This document shows, piece by piece, positions 11,398 through 22,209 of a DNA stretch of 64,000 nucleotides (positions are counted from its first letter, which is position 1; the number at the start of each line of letters is the position of its first letter). Made by a program: the position numbers and the translations under genes. Origin of the DNA: Verrucomicrobiota bacterium (GTDB lineage: Bacteria; Verrucomicrobiota; Verrucomicrobiia; Limisphaerales; AAA164-E04); NCBI GenBank assembly GCA_047947115.1, contig CP170459.1, forward strand, positions 928,001-992,000, given 5' to 3'. Under the pieces are notes generated by a model that saw only the letters and a list, made by a program, of their open reading frames with translations, did not search any database and was not told the DNA's origin.

Positions 11398-11616
11398 ATG
11401 AAAAAACTTTATTACGTGACTCCATCCATGTGCGGTGGAGACCTACCCGAGGATTTTGATTTGGATGATTTTTGTGAGGTGCTCCAAGGAAAACTGGATG
11501 AAGATGTGGAGGTGGTTGCCATCAACGAAGAAGATCTACCATCGGATAATATGGATCCGGATCTCGTTTCGGAGGCGATTTTTAACGAGGCAATGGGCGA
11601 GTACTATCATCGCTGA
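11398..11616 (+). CDS. Small, very acidic hypothetical protein (72 aa)
   Basis: ATG 11398 gives MKKLYYVTPSMCGGDLPEDFDLDDFCEVLQ... with protein-like composition, filling the intergenic gap. Confidence 0.7.
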   Translation: MKKLYYVTPSMCGGDLPEDFDLDDFCEVLQGKLDEDVEVVAINEEDLPSDNMDPDLVSEAIFNEAMGEYYHR

Positions 11617-11699
11617 CCGCCTCCAGGGAAACCGGTTTCGGAATTGTCCGAGTATCCTCCGAACATCGGGGTGCCTGCTTGGATCTTAGCCCACACAGG

Positions 11700-13856
11700 T
11701 CATGGGATTTCGTGTTGCCACGGAATCTCATCCAACAATCTCACCCCGATGATCTCCCTTGCGAACTGTGTGGCATCAGCCTCCTGAGGAGTCTCCAGTT
11801 TTTGAAATGTTTCCCAAGCCTTCTTTTTGACACCAAAGGGATGTTCCTTCGTAGGCAGGGATCTTAATCCGAGCAACAATCCACCTTCCTGTGGATGATC
11901 CACCCAGCGATGGTTGTGAAACGCTTCGATACTCTGGAGCGGCCGGATTTTATGCCATGTGTAAACGAAGGCTGCGGCCTGAATATCCTGAGCCATGGCT
12001 GATTCAATGGGCGTGTGGTATCCCTGTTCCGACAAGATCACGCCACGCACTTTTTCGCCATTAAACATCATGCACGGCTGGTGCATGTAGGCGTCCAACA
12101 CTTCCAGATTCTTGGGGGTGATCAATGGGGTTTCGTAATCGAATGTTGGCAGCGTATCGTTCCATGCCTGCGGGTTCCACAAACTTTGCGGGTAGGGATG
12201 ATAGGCCAAACCCCATTCATAATCCCCCTCAAGCCTGGATGTTTCCGCCAACCAATCCAGCAACCGTCGCGGCGCATACGTTTTCCACGAAGGATCAGGC
12301 TCGGCATTCCAGTGATGCGTCAATGAAATGAATACGCGGGCATGCGGATTGTAGCGTCGAGCCAATAGATGGGTCAATCGCATGGATCGCATATACACAT
12401 CCATGTAAACTTCCATCGGCTGTTTACCCATGTTGGTCCACACCCATCCGTAATCAATTTCATTGTGCATGATCCAATTCGATACCCGACCATGTGGATC
12501 TCCGGGTTGGGCATAACGGCGAGTCAAATAATCCATCGCGGCCCCATAGGCCAGGACTCCCTCACGGCTGCTGAAATCAGGCATGGCGTAATGGCCTGCC
12601 CGCTCCGCTTCCGGATGCGTTATTTGCCCACCAAATCCCGAATCTCCAAAGCCAACCAGAATGATGGCCGAAACCACCATGCCGTGGTCGGTTGCAAATC
12701 GAATCAATCGATCATGTTGAGAAATAAAACCTGGATTCACCCACCAGGACCTTCCTTGATAACGCGTCTCCTCCCAGCCGGTTCGTTTGGAGGAGCTCAG
12801 CATGTGGGAGATCAACATATTGTCCGTGATGTGACGAACCCCCAAATCGACGAGTTCCTCGAGAATATCATTGGCCCAGACACCCCCCATGCCTTTAAGC
12901 GATCGAGCCCATTTCCGATCGAGCGCATGTTCGGATGCTTCGTCAAGTTGCGTGATGTACCGGGGCAGTGACAATAGACGCCACCGGGCACCTTCATCAG
13001 ACAAAGCGATGGCCCATCGAGATGTGATTCGGTCCCGATCCCCCATTCTTCTGGGGATGGTTTTCACGATGTTTCCAGATGCATCCGCCACGTCGCATTC
13101 AAATATCTCAACCGGCTCAATCGCTTTGGAAGGATCCCACTCAAGAGGAATCTCAATCAACCGCGCCCCCTCCAAAAACAGTGGATGATACGGCATGCGA
13201 AGCGTGATTGTTGTCCGATCAATAGAAATGGTTTCGATGGAAGCAGGATAGGATTGGCGGTAGTATGATCGGATGGATTCGGCTTTGTGGGCTTTGTGCG
13301 CACGTTCCATCGAAGCCGCTTCAACCGCTTTTGCTTCATCTGCATTGGGTGGCCGCAATTTCAGATTGCGCACCCCTATCCGCACCCCGGACTTCCGACC
13401 GAAATCCAGTCTTAAAAGATTGTTGGAAGGCATCCATCGATGACCCGACTGTTCAACGAGGTGCACCGAGAAGGGTATCCAGGACTCCGATTTCATCATG
13501 CTCCCTGCCGTCAGGGAATTAACCGCCCGAATCGGCGGACCAAAAAAAATCTCCAACTCGGATACTCCGTCCGGACAAAAGTAATCAAAAGAAAGCACGA
13601 CGTTTGCCGAACCATGAGAAACATTGGAATAGGGTTTGAGGAACAGATAAGGATCCTCTCCGCTCGTTTCAAAGGTCCAGGCACCTTCACCGGTCTCCAG
13701 CATGCGAATCTGGTTCAACCGGGAAACATCGACTTGCAACTCCACAGAATCCGCACCCTGAACGGGCAAGGCCGAGCAAGACAGGATAAAAGCAAACGAG
13801 GAAAGGTAAACCAACTGCATGTGCCATCGCATGATCGTCAGTTTAGAAGGCATCAT
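11700..13856 (-). CDS. Secreted DUF5722-like protein (glycoside-hydrolase-like TIM barrel)
   Basis: Signal peptide; WIMHNEID, GLAYHPYP, ILSEQGY resemble clan GH-A acid/base and nucleophile motifs. Confidence 0.7.
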   Translation of the reverse strand: MMPSKLTIMRWHMQLVYLSSFAFILSCSALPVQGADSVELQVDVSRLNQIRMLETGEGAWTFETSGEDPYLFLKPYSNVSHGSANVVLSFDYFCPDGVSELEIFFGPPIRAVNSLTAGSMMKSESWIPFSVHLVEQSGHRWMPSNNLLRLDFGRKSGVRIGVRNLKLRPPNADEAKAVEAASMERAHKAHKAESIRSYYRQSYPASIETISIDRTTITLRMPYHPLFLEGARLIEIPLEWDPSKAIEPVEIFECDVADASGNIVKTIPRRMGDRDRITSRWAIALSDEGARWRLLSLPRYITQLDEASEHALDRKWARSLKGMGGVWANDILEELVDLGVRHITDNMLISHMLSSSKRTGWEETRYQGRSWWVNPGFISQHDRLIRFATDHGMVVSAIILVGFGDSGFGGQITHPEAERAGHYAMPDFSSREGVLAYGAAMDYLTRRYAQPGDPHGRVSNWIMHNEIDYGWVWTNMGKQPMEVYMDVYMRSMRLTHLLARRYNPHARVFISLTHHWNAEPDPSWKTYAPRRLLDWLAETSRLEGDYEWGLAYHPYPQSLWNPQAWNDTLPTFDYETPLITPKNLEVLDAYMHQPCMMFNGEKVRGVILSEQGYHTPIESAMAQDIQAAAFVYTWHKIRPLQSIEAFHNHRWVDHPQEGGLLLGLRSLPTKEHPFGVKKKAWETFQKLETPQEADATQFAREIIGVRLLDEIPWQHEIP

Positions 13857-13878
13857 TCAGACTGTCGATGCCGATGGA

Positions 13879-14625
13879 TCAGAACTCGGCAAAAATCCGA
13901 TTGGCTTCCTCCAGCGTTTCCTTTGAACCAATGTCATACCACAACCCCGGCAAGGTCCAGGTATAAACGGGCATTCGAGGATAAAGCCACTGGATCATAC
14001 GACCGGGCTGATCCGCATTGTGACCATCTTCAACATATTGGCGTATGACGGGAAGGACAGCTTTTGGATAGTAATAAAGCGCAATACCGATCAAGGTGGA
14101 ATGAGGCTCTTCGGGTTTTTCTTCAAATGAAGAAATCTGCCCTCCTGCATTCATATGCACTTCACTATACTTCTTGGTATCCTCCAGTCGCCCGACATCA
14201 TAAACGCCCAGAACAGGCGCCTGTTTTTCCAGGCAGAATTCCCCAAACGATTTGATACTTTGGCTGAACAAATTATCTCCGGCCACAACGATGATGTCTT
14301 CATCAATAGCGGAAGCTTTCAAGGTGTATACCAGATCACCGATCGCTCCTAGACGATTGTTTTCGTCCGTGGAACCATCGTTGATCACCGTAACCGGGAT
14401 GGACGGACAGCTTGTTTGATAGGCTTTGGCCCAAGTTTCAAAATGCCCGTGAAACTTGTCATTGGAAACGATGAGGATTTCGTTCAATTCTGGCACATCC
14501 ATCAAGTGGCCTAACACATGTTCCACCATGGGACGTCCGGCCACTTCAAGAAGCGGCTTGGGACGAGTCAGAGTCAATGGATAAAGACGAGTTGCGTATC
14601 CGGCTGCTAAGACAATCAATTTCAT
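13879..14625 (-). CDS. Sugar-phosphate nucleotidyltransferase
   Basis: LAAGYATRLYPLT..PKPLL, AGDN, FEEKP, WYDIG. Confidence 0.9.
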   Translation of the reverse strand: MKLIVLAAGYATRLYPLTLTRPKPLLEVAGRPMVEHVLGHLMDVPELNEILIVSNDKFHGHFETWAKAYQTSCPSIPVTVINDGSTDENNRLGAIGDLVYTLKASAIDEDIIVVAGDNLFSQSIKSFGEFCLEKQAPVLGVYDVGRLEDTKKYSEVHMNAGGQISSFEEKPEEPHSTLIGIALYYYPKAVLPVIRQYVEDGHNADQPGRMIQWLYPRMPVYTWTLPGLWYDIGSKETLEEANRIFAEF

Positions 14626-14640
14626 GTTTTCGAGAGTTAC

Positions 14641-16410
14641 TTATCCCTGGTTGACGACCATTTCAGGAGCCACACGCTGCACCAATGCGCGGGATGCATC
14701 AAGGATTTCGTGACTATACCGCATTGTCACAGCCTGTTCTGCCAGCTCCCTGGCTTCACTCAATTTCAGTCGTCGGATGAGGTACTTGACGGAAGGCACC
14801 AACGGGGCGGACGCGCTCAATTCATCAACACCCAGCCCCAGCAAAAGAGGCACCAAATCAGGTTCACCGGCCATTTCACCGCACACTCCCACGCGAATCC
14901 CGGCGGCATGAGCCGCTTTTGTGGTTTGCTTGATCGAGCGAACAATACTGGGCGCGGTCGGTTCGTAAAGATGCGCTATGCGATCGTTGGTTCGGTCAAC
15001 CGCCAGCCCATACTGGATCAGGTCATTGGTGCCGATGCTGAAAAACTTTACCTTGCTCGCCAAATCATCGGCCACCATCACCGCAGAGGGGGTTTCAATC
15101 ATGATGCCGGTTTCAATGTGCTCATCGAACGCAACGCCCTCCTCCGCCAATTCACGTTTGCAGGTTTCCAAAAGTTCCAGAGCACGATCCAGCTCGCTCA
15201 TGCTGGTGATCATGGGAAACATGATGCGCAGGTTTCCCTGGGTGCTGGCCCGCAGAATGGCCCGCAATTGCATCTTGAATATGCCTTCATTGTCCAGACA
15301 AAACCGGATGGCACGCCAGCCCAGCGCCGGGTTGGATTCCACACCTGATTTCGTCAGGGAAGACAACTTGTCAGCTCCCAGGTCAAGAGTCCGGATGACA
15401 ACCGGTTTGGGAGCAAGCTTGGAAGCAACCTCGGCATAAACCTCCGCCTGGATTTTCTCTTCAGGCCAATGAGACCGGTTCAAAAACAAATACTCCGATC
15501 GAAACAAACCCACTCCATCCGCCCCAAACTTCATGACATCCTCCGATTCCGATGGTTGATCCAGATTGGCCTCCAGGGCCACTTGAAATCCATCCAAAGT
15601 CACGGCTGGCATCTCCCTGAGCTTGGCCAGTCGTGCTTCCTTGTCCTCATGCCGCCTGATGACATGGCCGTATTCAAACAAGGTCTGATCACTGGGATTA
15701 AGAATGACCAAGCCGCTGTGGCCGTCAAGAAGTACAGTCTGATCATTCTCCAATCGCTTGCTGATATCATGAAAGCCGACAACAGCGGGGATTTTCAAAG
15801 CTCTGGCAAGAATAGCCGTGTGCGATGTTTTACTCCCGACATCAGTGGCAAACCCGAGAACCATGCTGCGATCCAGCATCGCGGTCGTACTCGGCGTCAA
15901 GTCGTGACCGACCACAATACTGGGTTCGCTCAGGGCATAGAGATGATCATGATCATCCTGCCCCATCAGATTGTTCAAGAGCCGGTGTGAAACATCCCGT
16001 AAGTCAACAGCACGCTCACGCAAATACTCGTCTTCCATGCTGTCGAAGGCTTGGGCATATTTTTCAGACACTTCATGATAGGCATGCTCGACATTACACA
16101 TTGTGGACTTAACCAACTTGGTCGCCTCACCAATCAACGCCGGATCATCCAACACCAGAAGATGAGCTTCGAAAATGTCGGCATCATGCGATCCCACACG
16201 TTCACGCAAACTTTGATGCATCTCCTTGAGTTGTTTCCGGGTAATGATCAAGGCCTGCTCCAACCGCTTCAATTCCGCGGCCACATCCTCTTCGGGAATG
16301 TCACGATACGGGACATGAAGCTGCCGCGTGCCAAAGACAAAGACTCGTCCCCGACAGACACCTCCTGAGGCTGGAATGCCCCGAAATGTGATTTCACCTT
16401 TCTCGCTCAT
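14641..16410 (-). CDS. ptsI: Phosphoenolpyruvate-protein phosphotransferase (PTS enzyme I)
   Basis: GIPASGG, phospho-His motif TSHTAILARA, GVGLFRSE, RTLDLGADK, SIGTNDLIQY, CGEMAG. Start placed at MSEKGE (16410). Confidence 0.95.
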   Translation of the reverse strand: MSEKGEITFRGIPASGGVCRGRVFVFGTRQLHVPYRDIPEEDVAAELKRLEQALIITRKQLKEMHQSLRERVGSHDADIFEAHLLVLDDPALIGEATKLVKSTMCNVEHAYHEVSEKYAQAFDSMEDEYLRERAVDLRDVSHRLLNNLMGQDDHDHLYALSEPSIVVGHDLTPSTTAMLDRSMVLGFATDVGSKTSHTAILARALKIPAVVGFHDISKRLENDQTVLLDGHSGLVILNPSDQTLFEYGHVIRRHEDKEARLAKLREMPAVTLDGFQVALEANLDQPSESEDVMKFGADGVGLFRSEYLFLNRSHWPEEKIQAEVYAEVASKLAPKPVVIRTLDLGADKLSSLTKSGVESNPALGWRAIRFCLDNEGIFKMQLRAILRASTQGNLRIMFPMITSMSELDRALELLETCKRELAEEGVAFDEHIETGIMIETPSAVMVADDLASKVKFFSIGTNDLIQYGLAVDRTNDRIAHLYEPTAPSIVRSIKQTTKAAHAAGIRVGVCGEMAGEPDLVPLLLGLGVDELSASAPLVPSVKYLIRRLKLSEARELAEQAVTMRYSHEILDASRALVQRVAPEMVVNQG

Positions 16411-16586
16411 ATCGATACGCACTTGATAATATCCCTTTTCCAAGGTGTTGGAAATGAAATTGTCGTTAACGAAAATCCAACATTCATTGAACAAACCACC
16501 CCTCCCCGCTCCTCTTCCAAAGACTTTTCCGAATTCCTGCCAAGCCCCATTGACCACGAAGGATTCCTCTGGCCATAATCCTCGTC

Positions 16587-17378
16587 ATGAACAACAAAGC
16601 GGCGATCATTACAGGAGCTTCAAGGGGCATCGGCCGGGGCATCGGACTGGAATTGGCCCGGATCGGTTATGACCTGATCATCAACTACGCAGGCAATCAG
16701 AAAGCCGCCCTGGAAACAGTCCGGGAATGCGAGGCTGCCGCCACTGAAGCCGGACATGCGATCAAAGCCATACCCGTCAAGGCAAACGTAGGGCACCCGG
16801 ATGACCGGGAACACCTTTTGAATGAAACCAAAAAAGCATTTGGGCGCCTGGATCTGCTCGTCAACAATGCCGGTATCACTTCGATCGGCAGAGCTGACAT
16901 TCTTGAAGCCAAAGAAGAAAACTTTGACCAACTCATGGCGGTCAATTTGAAAGGGCCCTTCTTCCTCAGCCAGCAAGCGGCCAACTGGATGATCGAACTT
17001 TTAAAGGCAGGTAATGTGAATGCTCCAAAAATTGTCAATGTATCATCCATCAGCGCCTACACCGTTTCAGTCAACCGGGCGGATTATTGCATGGCCAAGG
17101 CGGCTCTGGGCATGATGACCAAACTCTATGCCGTCCGGCTCGCGGAACATGGCATCCGGGTCTATGAAATATGCCCGGGTATCATTGCTTCCGACATGAC
17201 AGCTCCTGTGCAGGCCAAATACGACAAACTCATCGCAGAAGGCCTGACGCCCATGCCCAGATGGGGACAGCCTTCGGACATCGGCAAAACCATCACCGCC
17301 GTCGCCCAGGATTACCTTCCATTCAGCACCGGCGAAGTCATCAATGTCGACGGCGGCTTCCACCTTCGCAAACTCTAA
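16587..17378 (+). CDS. SDR family oxidoreductase (3-ketoacyl-ACP reductase-like)
   Basis: TGASRGIG, NNAG, YCMAK, VDGG. Confidence 0.92.
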   Translation: MNNKAAIITGASRGIGRGIGLELARIGYDLIINYAGNQKAALETVRECEAAATEAGHAIKAIPVKANVGHPDDREHLLNETKKAFGRLDLLVNNAGITSIGRADILEAKEENFDQLMAVNLKGPFFLSQQAANWMIELLKAGNVNAPKIVNVSSISAYTVSVNRADYCMAKAALGMMTKLYAVRLAEHGIRVYEICPGIIASDMTAPVQAKYDKLIAEGLTPMPRWGQPSDIGKTITAVAQDYLPFSTGEVINVDGGFHLRKL

Positions 17379-17632
17379 ATTCACCCGTCTGCGCTTGACG
17401 GTTCAGCTCCGATCCGCCAGCTTCGCCAGCAGGTGGCGGATTGTATGGAATCTTGATTGGACCCCGAATTGTGAATTCAAACCAAAGACATCCCCCCCTG
17501 AATGGGGGTCAGTCCCAACTATTGACACTGTTTACGGATAAAGGTTTAAAACATATTGATAATGTATGAGTTACATTTCAAAAACCCCGCCAAGCCGTAT
17601 GCACAACAAGGTGCATTTTTTTAGATTTTATC

Positions 17633-17661
17633 TTGATCTTCCCTTTTTCTGACGAGAGAAT
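17633..17661 (+). promoter_or_regulatory. Candidate sigma70 promoter of rpsA
   Basis: TTGATC-17 nt-GAGAAT upstream of a long structured leader. Confidence 0.4.
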
Positions 17662-17689
17662 GCGCGTTCGCCTGAGTCCCGCGAGTGCG

Positions 17690-17906
17690 GATGGCTCATT
17701 AGAGGCTGAAATGAGTGTTAACCATCAACCTAACCCTCATTATACTTCTCCGTGCTCCGGTGAACGTGTGTTAGGCCGATGGGTTTTGCTCGAGGAAGTC
17801 GCCGTTTTTGCGGTGAATCCTGAGTCGAACACACAGGTCGGAGCCTCCTTAAAATAAGTAATATCAAAGGCGCAGCATTGCGTCTCGGTTGTATCATTAA
17901 TTCATT
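17690..17906 (+). promoter_or_regulatory. Structured 5' leader of rpsA
   Basis: Stem GATGG/CCATC + CTCATT/AATGAG (17690-17726); long stem GCTCCG/CGGAGC + GTGTGTT/AACACAC (17754-17844); A/T-rich tract and no clear SD before the ATG. Confidence 0.5.
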
Positions 17907-19589
17907 ATGCTAACCATGGAAGAAGCCATGCAGCAAAGTCCCGTGAACTTTGCTGAAGGCGACATAGTCAAAGGAACCATTATCGAAGTCCGCCACAAAG
18001 AAGTGCTTTGTGATATCGGCTACAAAAGCGAAGGTTCCATCCCCGGAAACGAATTCGACGACATTAAAATGGTCAATGTCGGCGACATCATCGACGTATT
18101 GATTGAACGGTTGGAAGACCGTGAAGGCATGGTCGTCCTCTCCAAAGAAAAAGCGGAATTCAAGCAGAACTGGGAAAAAATCCTCAGCATCTGTAACGAG
18201 GGCGGAACCATCACCGGACGCGTCAAAGGCGTGGTCAAAGGTGGTCTTCTGGTCAACATCGGTGTGGAAGCCTTCCTGCCGGCTTCCCAAATTGACATCA
18301 TTCCTCCAAAGAACCTGACCTCCTACGTGGGCAACACCTACGAATACAAAGTGGTCAAGATCAACCAGGAACGTCAAAACATCGTTCTTTCACGCCGCGA
18401 ACTGATCGAACAGGAACGCGCCGAACGCCGCGCCAAGCTGCTTTCGGACATGACCCCTGGCGACATCCGCAAGGGTACCGTCAAGAACATCACCGATTTC
18501 GGTGCCTTCATCGACCTCAACGGTCTCGACGGTCTTCTCCACATCACAGACATGAGCTGGGGCCGCATCAACCATCCTTCCGAACTCCTGACCATCGGAC
18601 AGGAAATCGATGTGGTTGTTCTGGACATCAACTACGAGAAAGAGCGCGTGAGCCTCGGTCTGAAACAGAAACTCGCCAACCCTTGGGACGACATCGAAAC
18701 CAAGTACCCTGTCAGCGCGAAAGTCAAAGGCCGCGTGGTCAATTTGGTGCCTTACGGTGCGTTCGTGGAACTCGAACCCGGCGTCGAAGGTCTGGTTCAC
18801 GTTACCGAATTGTCCTGGACCAAGCGTATCGCCAAGCCTTCCGACGTCCTGACACAGGACCAGGAAATCGAAGCGGTCGTTCTGGGCATCAACCGCGAAG
18901 AGCAAAAGATCTCCCTGGGTATCCGCCAATTGGAAACCAACCCTTGGGACGAAGCCTTGGAGAAATATCCTCCAGGCACCAAAGTGCAGGGCAAGATCCG
19001 CAATCTCACCAGCTACGGTGCTTTCATCGAACTGGAAGAAGGTCTCGACGGCATGATCCATGTGTCCGACATTTCCTGGACCCGCAAGATCAACCATCCT
19101 TCGGAAGTGCTCAAGAAGGGCGACGAGGTCGAAGCCATTGTATTGGAAATCGACAAGGCCAACCAACGTATCTCCGTGGGTGTCAAGCAGCTTAGCCAGG
19201 ATCCATGGGAAAACATCGACCACTACTACAAAGTGGGTGATCTGGTCACAGGCAGCGTGACGAAGCTCGCAAGCTTCGGAGCGTTCATCGGTCTGGAACA
19301 CGACATCGACGGGTTGGTTCATATCTCCCAGGTCAGCGAAGAACGGGTTGAAAAGATCAAAAACGTTCTGAAGGTGGGTCAGGAAGTGACCGCTCGTGTG
19401 ATCAAGATCGATCGTGCAGATCGTCGCATTGGATTGTCCATCAAGGCAGCCAATTACTCCACCGAGGAATTGGAAGCCGAGCAGCACGCTCTCGACCAGC
19501 TCAAACCTGGCGAAGACCTGGTGGCTCTGCAACACGCCTTTGACGCTGTCACCACCACTGATAACAGTGACGATGACAACGAAGATTGA
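17907..19589 (+). CDS. rpsA: 30S ribosomal protein S1
   Basis: Six S1 repeats (FGAFIDL, GLLHITDMSW, GLVHVTELSW, GMIHVSDISW). Confidence 0.98.
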   Translation: MLTMEEAMQQSPVNFAEGDIVKGTIIEVRHKEVLCDIGYKSEGSIPGNEFDDIKMVNVGDIIDVLIERLEDREGMVVLSKEKAEFKQNWEKILSICNEGGTITGRVKGVVKGGLLVNIGVEAFLPASQIDIIPPKNLTSYVGNTYEYKVVKINQERQNIVLSRRELIEQERAERRAKLLSDMTPGDIRKGTVKNITDFGAFIDLNGLDGLLHITDMSWGRINHPSELLTIGQEIDVVVLDINYEKERVSLGLKQKLANPWDDIETKYPVSAKVKGRVVNLVPYGAFVELEPGVEGLVHVTELSWTKRIAKPSDVLTQDQEIEAVVLGINREEQKISLGIRQLETNPWDEALEKYPPGTKVQGKIRNLTSYGAFIELEEGLDGMIHVSDISWTRKINHPSEVLKKGDEVEAIVLEIDKANQRISVGVKQLSQDPWENIDHYYKVGDLVTGSVTKLASFGAFIGLEHDIDGLVHISQVSEERVEKIKNVLKVGQEVTARVIKIDRADRRIGLSIKAANYSTEELEAEQHALDQLKPGEDLVALQHAFDAVTTTDNSDDDNED

Positions 19590-19624
19590 GCAATTGATCT
19601 GACGAATCTAAGTCAAATTCTCAC

Positions 19625-19649
19625 AGCCCGCCGCAAGGCGGGCTTTTTT
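19625..19649 (+). terminator. Rho-independent terminator of rpsA
   Basis: AGCCCGCC-gcaa-GGCGGGCT followed by a T run. Confidence 0.92.
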
Positions 19650-19760
19650 ATTACAACTTCAGACTGGAGCGCTAAAGCTGAGGAAATACTTTGGCTTTTG
19701 CAACCCTGTCGCTAAATTCTTGTCAGAAGCCGCAGGATTTCGAAATACTGCCTCGTATTT

Positions 19761-21041
19761 ATGGATATACTGGAAGCATTGAAATGGCGCGGGTTGTTTT
19801 CCGACTGCACCGATCTTGAGCAATTGAGCCAGCGTTTGGCCAAGGGTCCGCTCACGTTGTATTGCGGCTTTGATCCCACTGCGGACAGCCTTCATGTGGG
19901 GCACCTGGTTCCATTGATTGCGTTGAGGCGCTTCCAGGATGTTGGCCATCATCCGATCGCCGTTGCCGGCGGAGCTACAGGTTCCATCGGGGATCCAAGT
20001 GGTAAAAGCGCCGAGCGAAACCTGCTGACGCGCGAAGAGCTGAACCACAATATTGAACGCGTTCAGGAACAACTCAAATGCCTCCTCGATTTCGAATCAT
20101 CGACCAATCCTGCCCGTGTTCTGGATAATGCTGGATGGGTGGGCGGCATTTCTTATCTCGATTTTCTGAGAGATATCGGGAAACATTTTACCGTCAATGT
20201 CATGGTGGCAAAGGAATCGGTGCGTGCCCGTATGGAAGACCGTGATGTGGGCATCAGCTACACCGAATTCAGCTACATGCTGTTGCAGGCTTTCGATTTT
20301 TATCACCTGAATCAATCGACCGATTGCGAGCTTCAGATTGGCGGAAGCGATCAGTGGGGCAATATCACCATGGGCATCGACCTCACGCGCAAGAAGTCGG
20401 GGCGCCAGGTTTTTGGACTAACCCTGCCCTTGATCACCAAGTCGGACGGAACCAAGTTCGGCAAGACAGAATCAGGTGCCATCTGGCTCGATCCTGCCCG
20501 AACAAGCGTTTATCGGTTCTACCAGTTCTGGATTCGGACCGACGACCGGGACGTCATCAAATACCTGAAATACTTCACCTTTTTGCCGAAGGAAGAAATT
20601 GAATCACTGGAAGCCCAACACCAGGAATGCCCCGAGCGCAGGGAAGCGCAAAAAGCGCTTGGCAAAGCCATGACCGACCTGATTCACGGTTCGGAGGCCA
20701 CCCAGGAAGCCATCCGAGCCAGTGAAATCCTGTTCGGTGGCGGATTGGAAGGCATTACCGAGCAGACTTTCAATGATGTTTTGGGCGAAGTTCCCACGTT
20801 CAGCATGAGTGCAGCCTCATTGGAGGGAGACGGTTTGCCATTGGCCGATGCCCTGGCGGAAGCGGGTTTGGCACCATCTAAAGGTCAGGCGCGCAAGGAC
20901 ATCAAGGGTGGCGGAGCAAACATCAACAACATCCGAGAACAAGATCCTCAGAGATTGCTGACAAGAAACGATTTACTGTTTGGAAAACACGTCTTGCTGC
21001 GCAAAGGGAAAAAGCATTACGCGGTGGTTACGTTCGAATGA
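19761..21041 (+). CDS. tyrS: Tyrosine--tRNA ligase
   Basis: YCGFDPTADSLHVGH, QIGGSDQWGNI, KFGKT, C-terminal S4-like domain. Confidence 0.97.
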   Translation: MDILEALKWRGLFSDCTDLEQLSQRLAKGPLTLYCGFDPTADSLHVGHLVPLIALRRFQDVGHHPIAVAGGATGSIGDPSGKSAERNLLTREELNHNIERVQEQLKCLLDFESSTNPARVLDNAGWVGGISYLDFLRDIGKHFTVNVMVAKESVRARMEDRDVGISYTEFSYMLLQAFDFYHLNQSTDCELQIGGSDQWGNITMGIDLTRKKSGRQVFGLTLPLITKSDGTKFGKTESGAIWLDPARTSVYRFYQFWIRTDDRDVIKYLKYFTFLPKEEIESLEAQHQECPERREAQKALGKAMTDLIHGSEATQEAIRASEILFGGGLEGITEQTFNDVLGEVPTFSMSAASLEGDGLPLADALAEAGLAPSKGQARKDIKGGGANINNIREQDPQRLLTRNDLLFGKHVLLRKGKKHYAVVTFE

Positions 21042-21194
21042 TATTCCCGGGGTGAGACGGAATCCGGCATTGATCGTGAAGAATCCTCGGCTCATATCGC
21101 TCCTAGCCATCAACCTTTTGCAATCTGGCAGAGAAAAGTCAATGGATGCAAAAAGGTCCGATTTGTGCTACAAGTTGAGTCCAGTCCGTTCCAT

Positions 21195-22109
21195 ATGCAG
21201 AAAAAACCTGACAATCAGAGTCAAAACCATGTAACTCCGGGAAAGCATGCTCCAGTTGGCGTGCAGCACTTGCGGAACGCTGGCTTCACCCTGATCGAAC
21301 TGCTCGTGGTCATCGTCATCATTGCCATATTGGCCGGAATGTTGTTGCCAGCCATGAGCAAAGCCAAACAGAAGGCCCATGCGATCAGCTGCATGAACAA
21401 CCACCGTCAACTGACCTACGGATGGATCCTTTACGCAGGCGACAACGAAGGAAAAATTACGGCGGCCAGTGACCCAAGAGATGCAGGTGGGCCGGAACCA
21501 TTGAAACCGGCCTGGGTGCGAGGCTTGTTGAATTTCGACCCGGCCAACCGGTCCAACTGGGATATTGAAAAGGACATCAAAACCAGCGTCCTCTGGCCCT
21601 ATGTTCAATCGCCCGACATCTTCAAATGTCCCGCAGACAAAAGTACGGTCAGGGTGGACGGCAAGGTACTGCCAAGGGTTCGGTCAATGGCCATGAACGT
21701 CCACTGCGGTGCATGGGGTGAAAATGAGCGAGTCTATTGGTATGGCTACAAAGTTTACCAACAAGAATCCGACTTCATCGATCCCGGCCCATCGTCGACT
21801 TTTGTTTTTCTGGATGTTCGAGAAGATTCGACCAATTTTGGCAATTTCCTGGTGGCCATGAAAGGGTATCCCAATCAACCCGAACAAACCACCATTTTTG
21901 ATTATCCCGCTTCCTATCACAACCAGTCGGCCACCCTGTCCTTTGCTGACGGACATTCAGAGATCAAGAAATGGCAACATCCAGACACCATGCCCCCCCT
22001 GGTCAAGGGAGAATTATTACCACAAATCGCAGCAGCTCCTGAACCTGTAAACTCTCCCAACAATCCTGACATCAGATGGTTGCAGGACCACAACACACGA
22101 TTACCCTGA
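21195..22109 (+). CDS. Prepilin-type N-terminal cleavage/methylation protein with H-X9-DG domain (DUF1559-like)
   Basis: [45 protein letters not shown]. Start uncertain (21165/21195). Confidence 0.9.
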   Translation: MQKKPDNQSQNHVTPGKHAPVGVQHLRNAGFTLIELLVVIVIIAILAGMLLPAMSKAKQKAHAISCMNNHRQLTYGWILYAGDNEGKITAASDPRDAGGPEPLKPAWVRGLLNFDPANRSNWDIEKDIKTSVLWPYVQSPDIFKCPADKSTVRVDGKVLPRVRSMAMNVHCGAWGENERVYWYGYKVYQQESDFIDPGPSSTFVFLDVREDSTNFGNFLVAMKGYPNQPEQTTIFDYPASYHNQSATLSFADGHSEIKKWQHPDTMPPLVKGELLPQIAAAPEPVNSPNNPDIRWLQDHNTRLP

Positions 22110-22209
22110 CATCAAACCCTGTCTCACGTATCGTTACTTTCATGCGCTAGCAAAATCCCATCCATGCTATTGCACTTCAAACCTGCTCGGTGAATAATGG
22201 CTTTGAACG

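Noticed and set aside
16411..16557. N-terminal extension of ptsI in the ORF track
   Set aside because: It covers the divergent promoter region; enzyme I similarity starts at MSEKGE (16410)
18390..19535. 381-aa antisense ORF within rpsA, and similar shadow ORFs in typA, lon, aroG and panB
   Set aside because: Typical antisense shadows caused by codon bias in highly expressed genes
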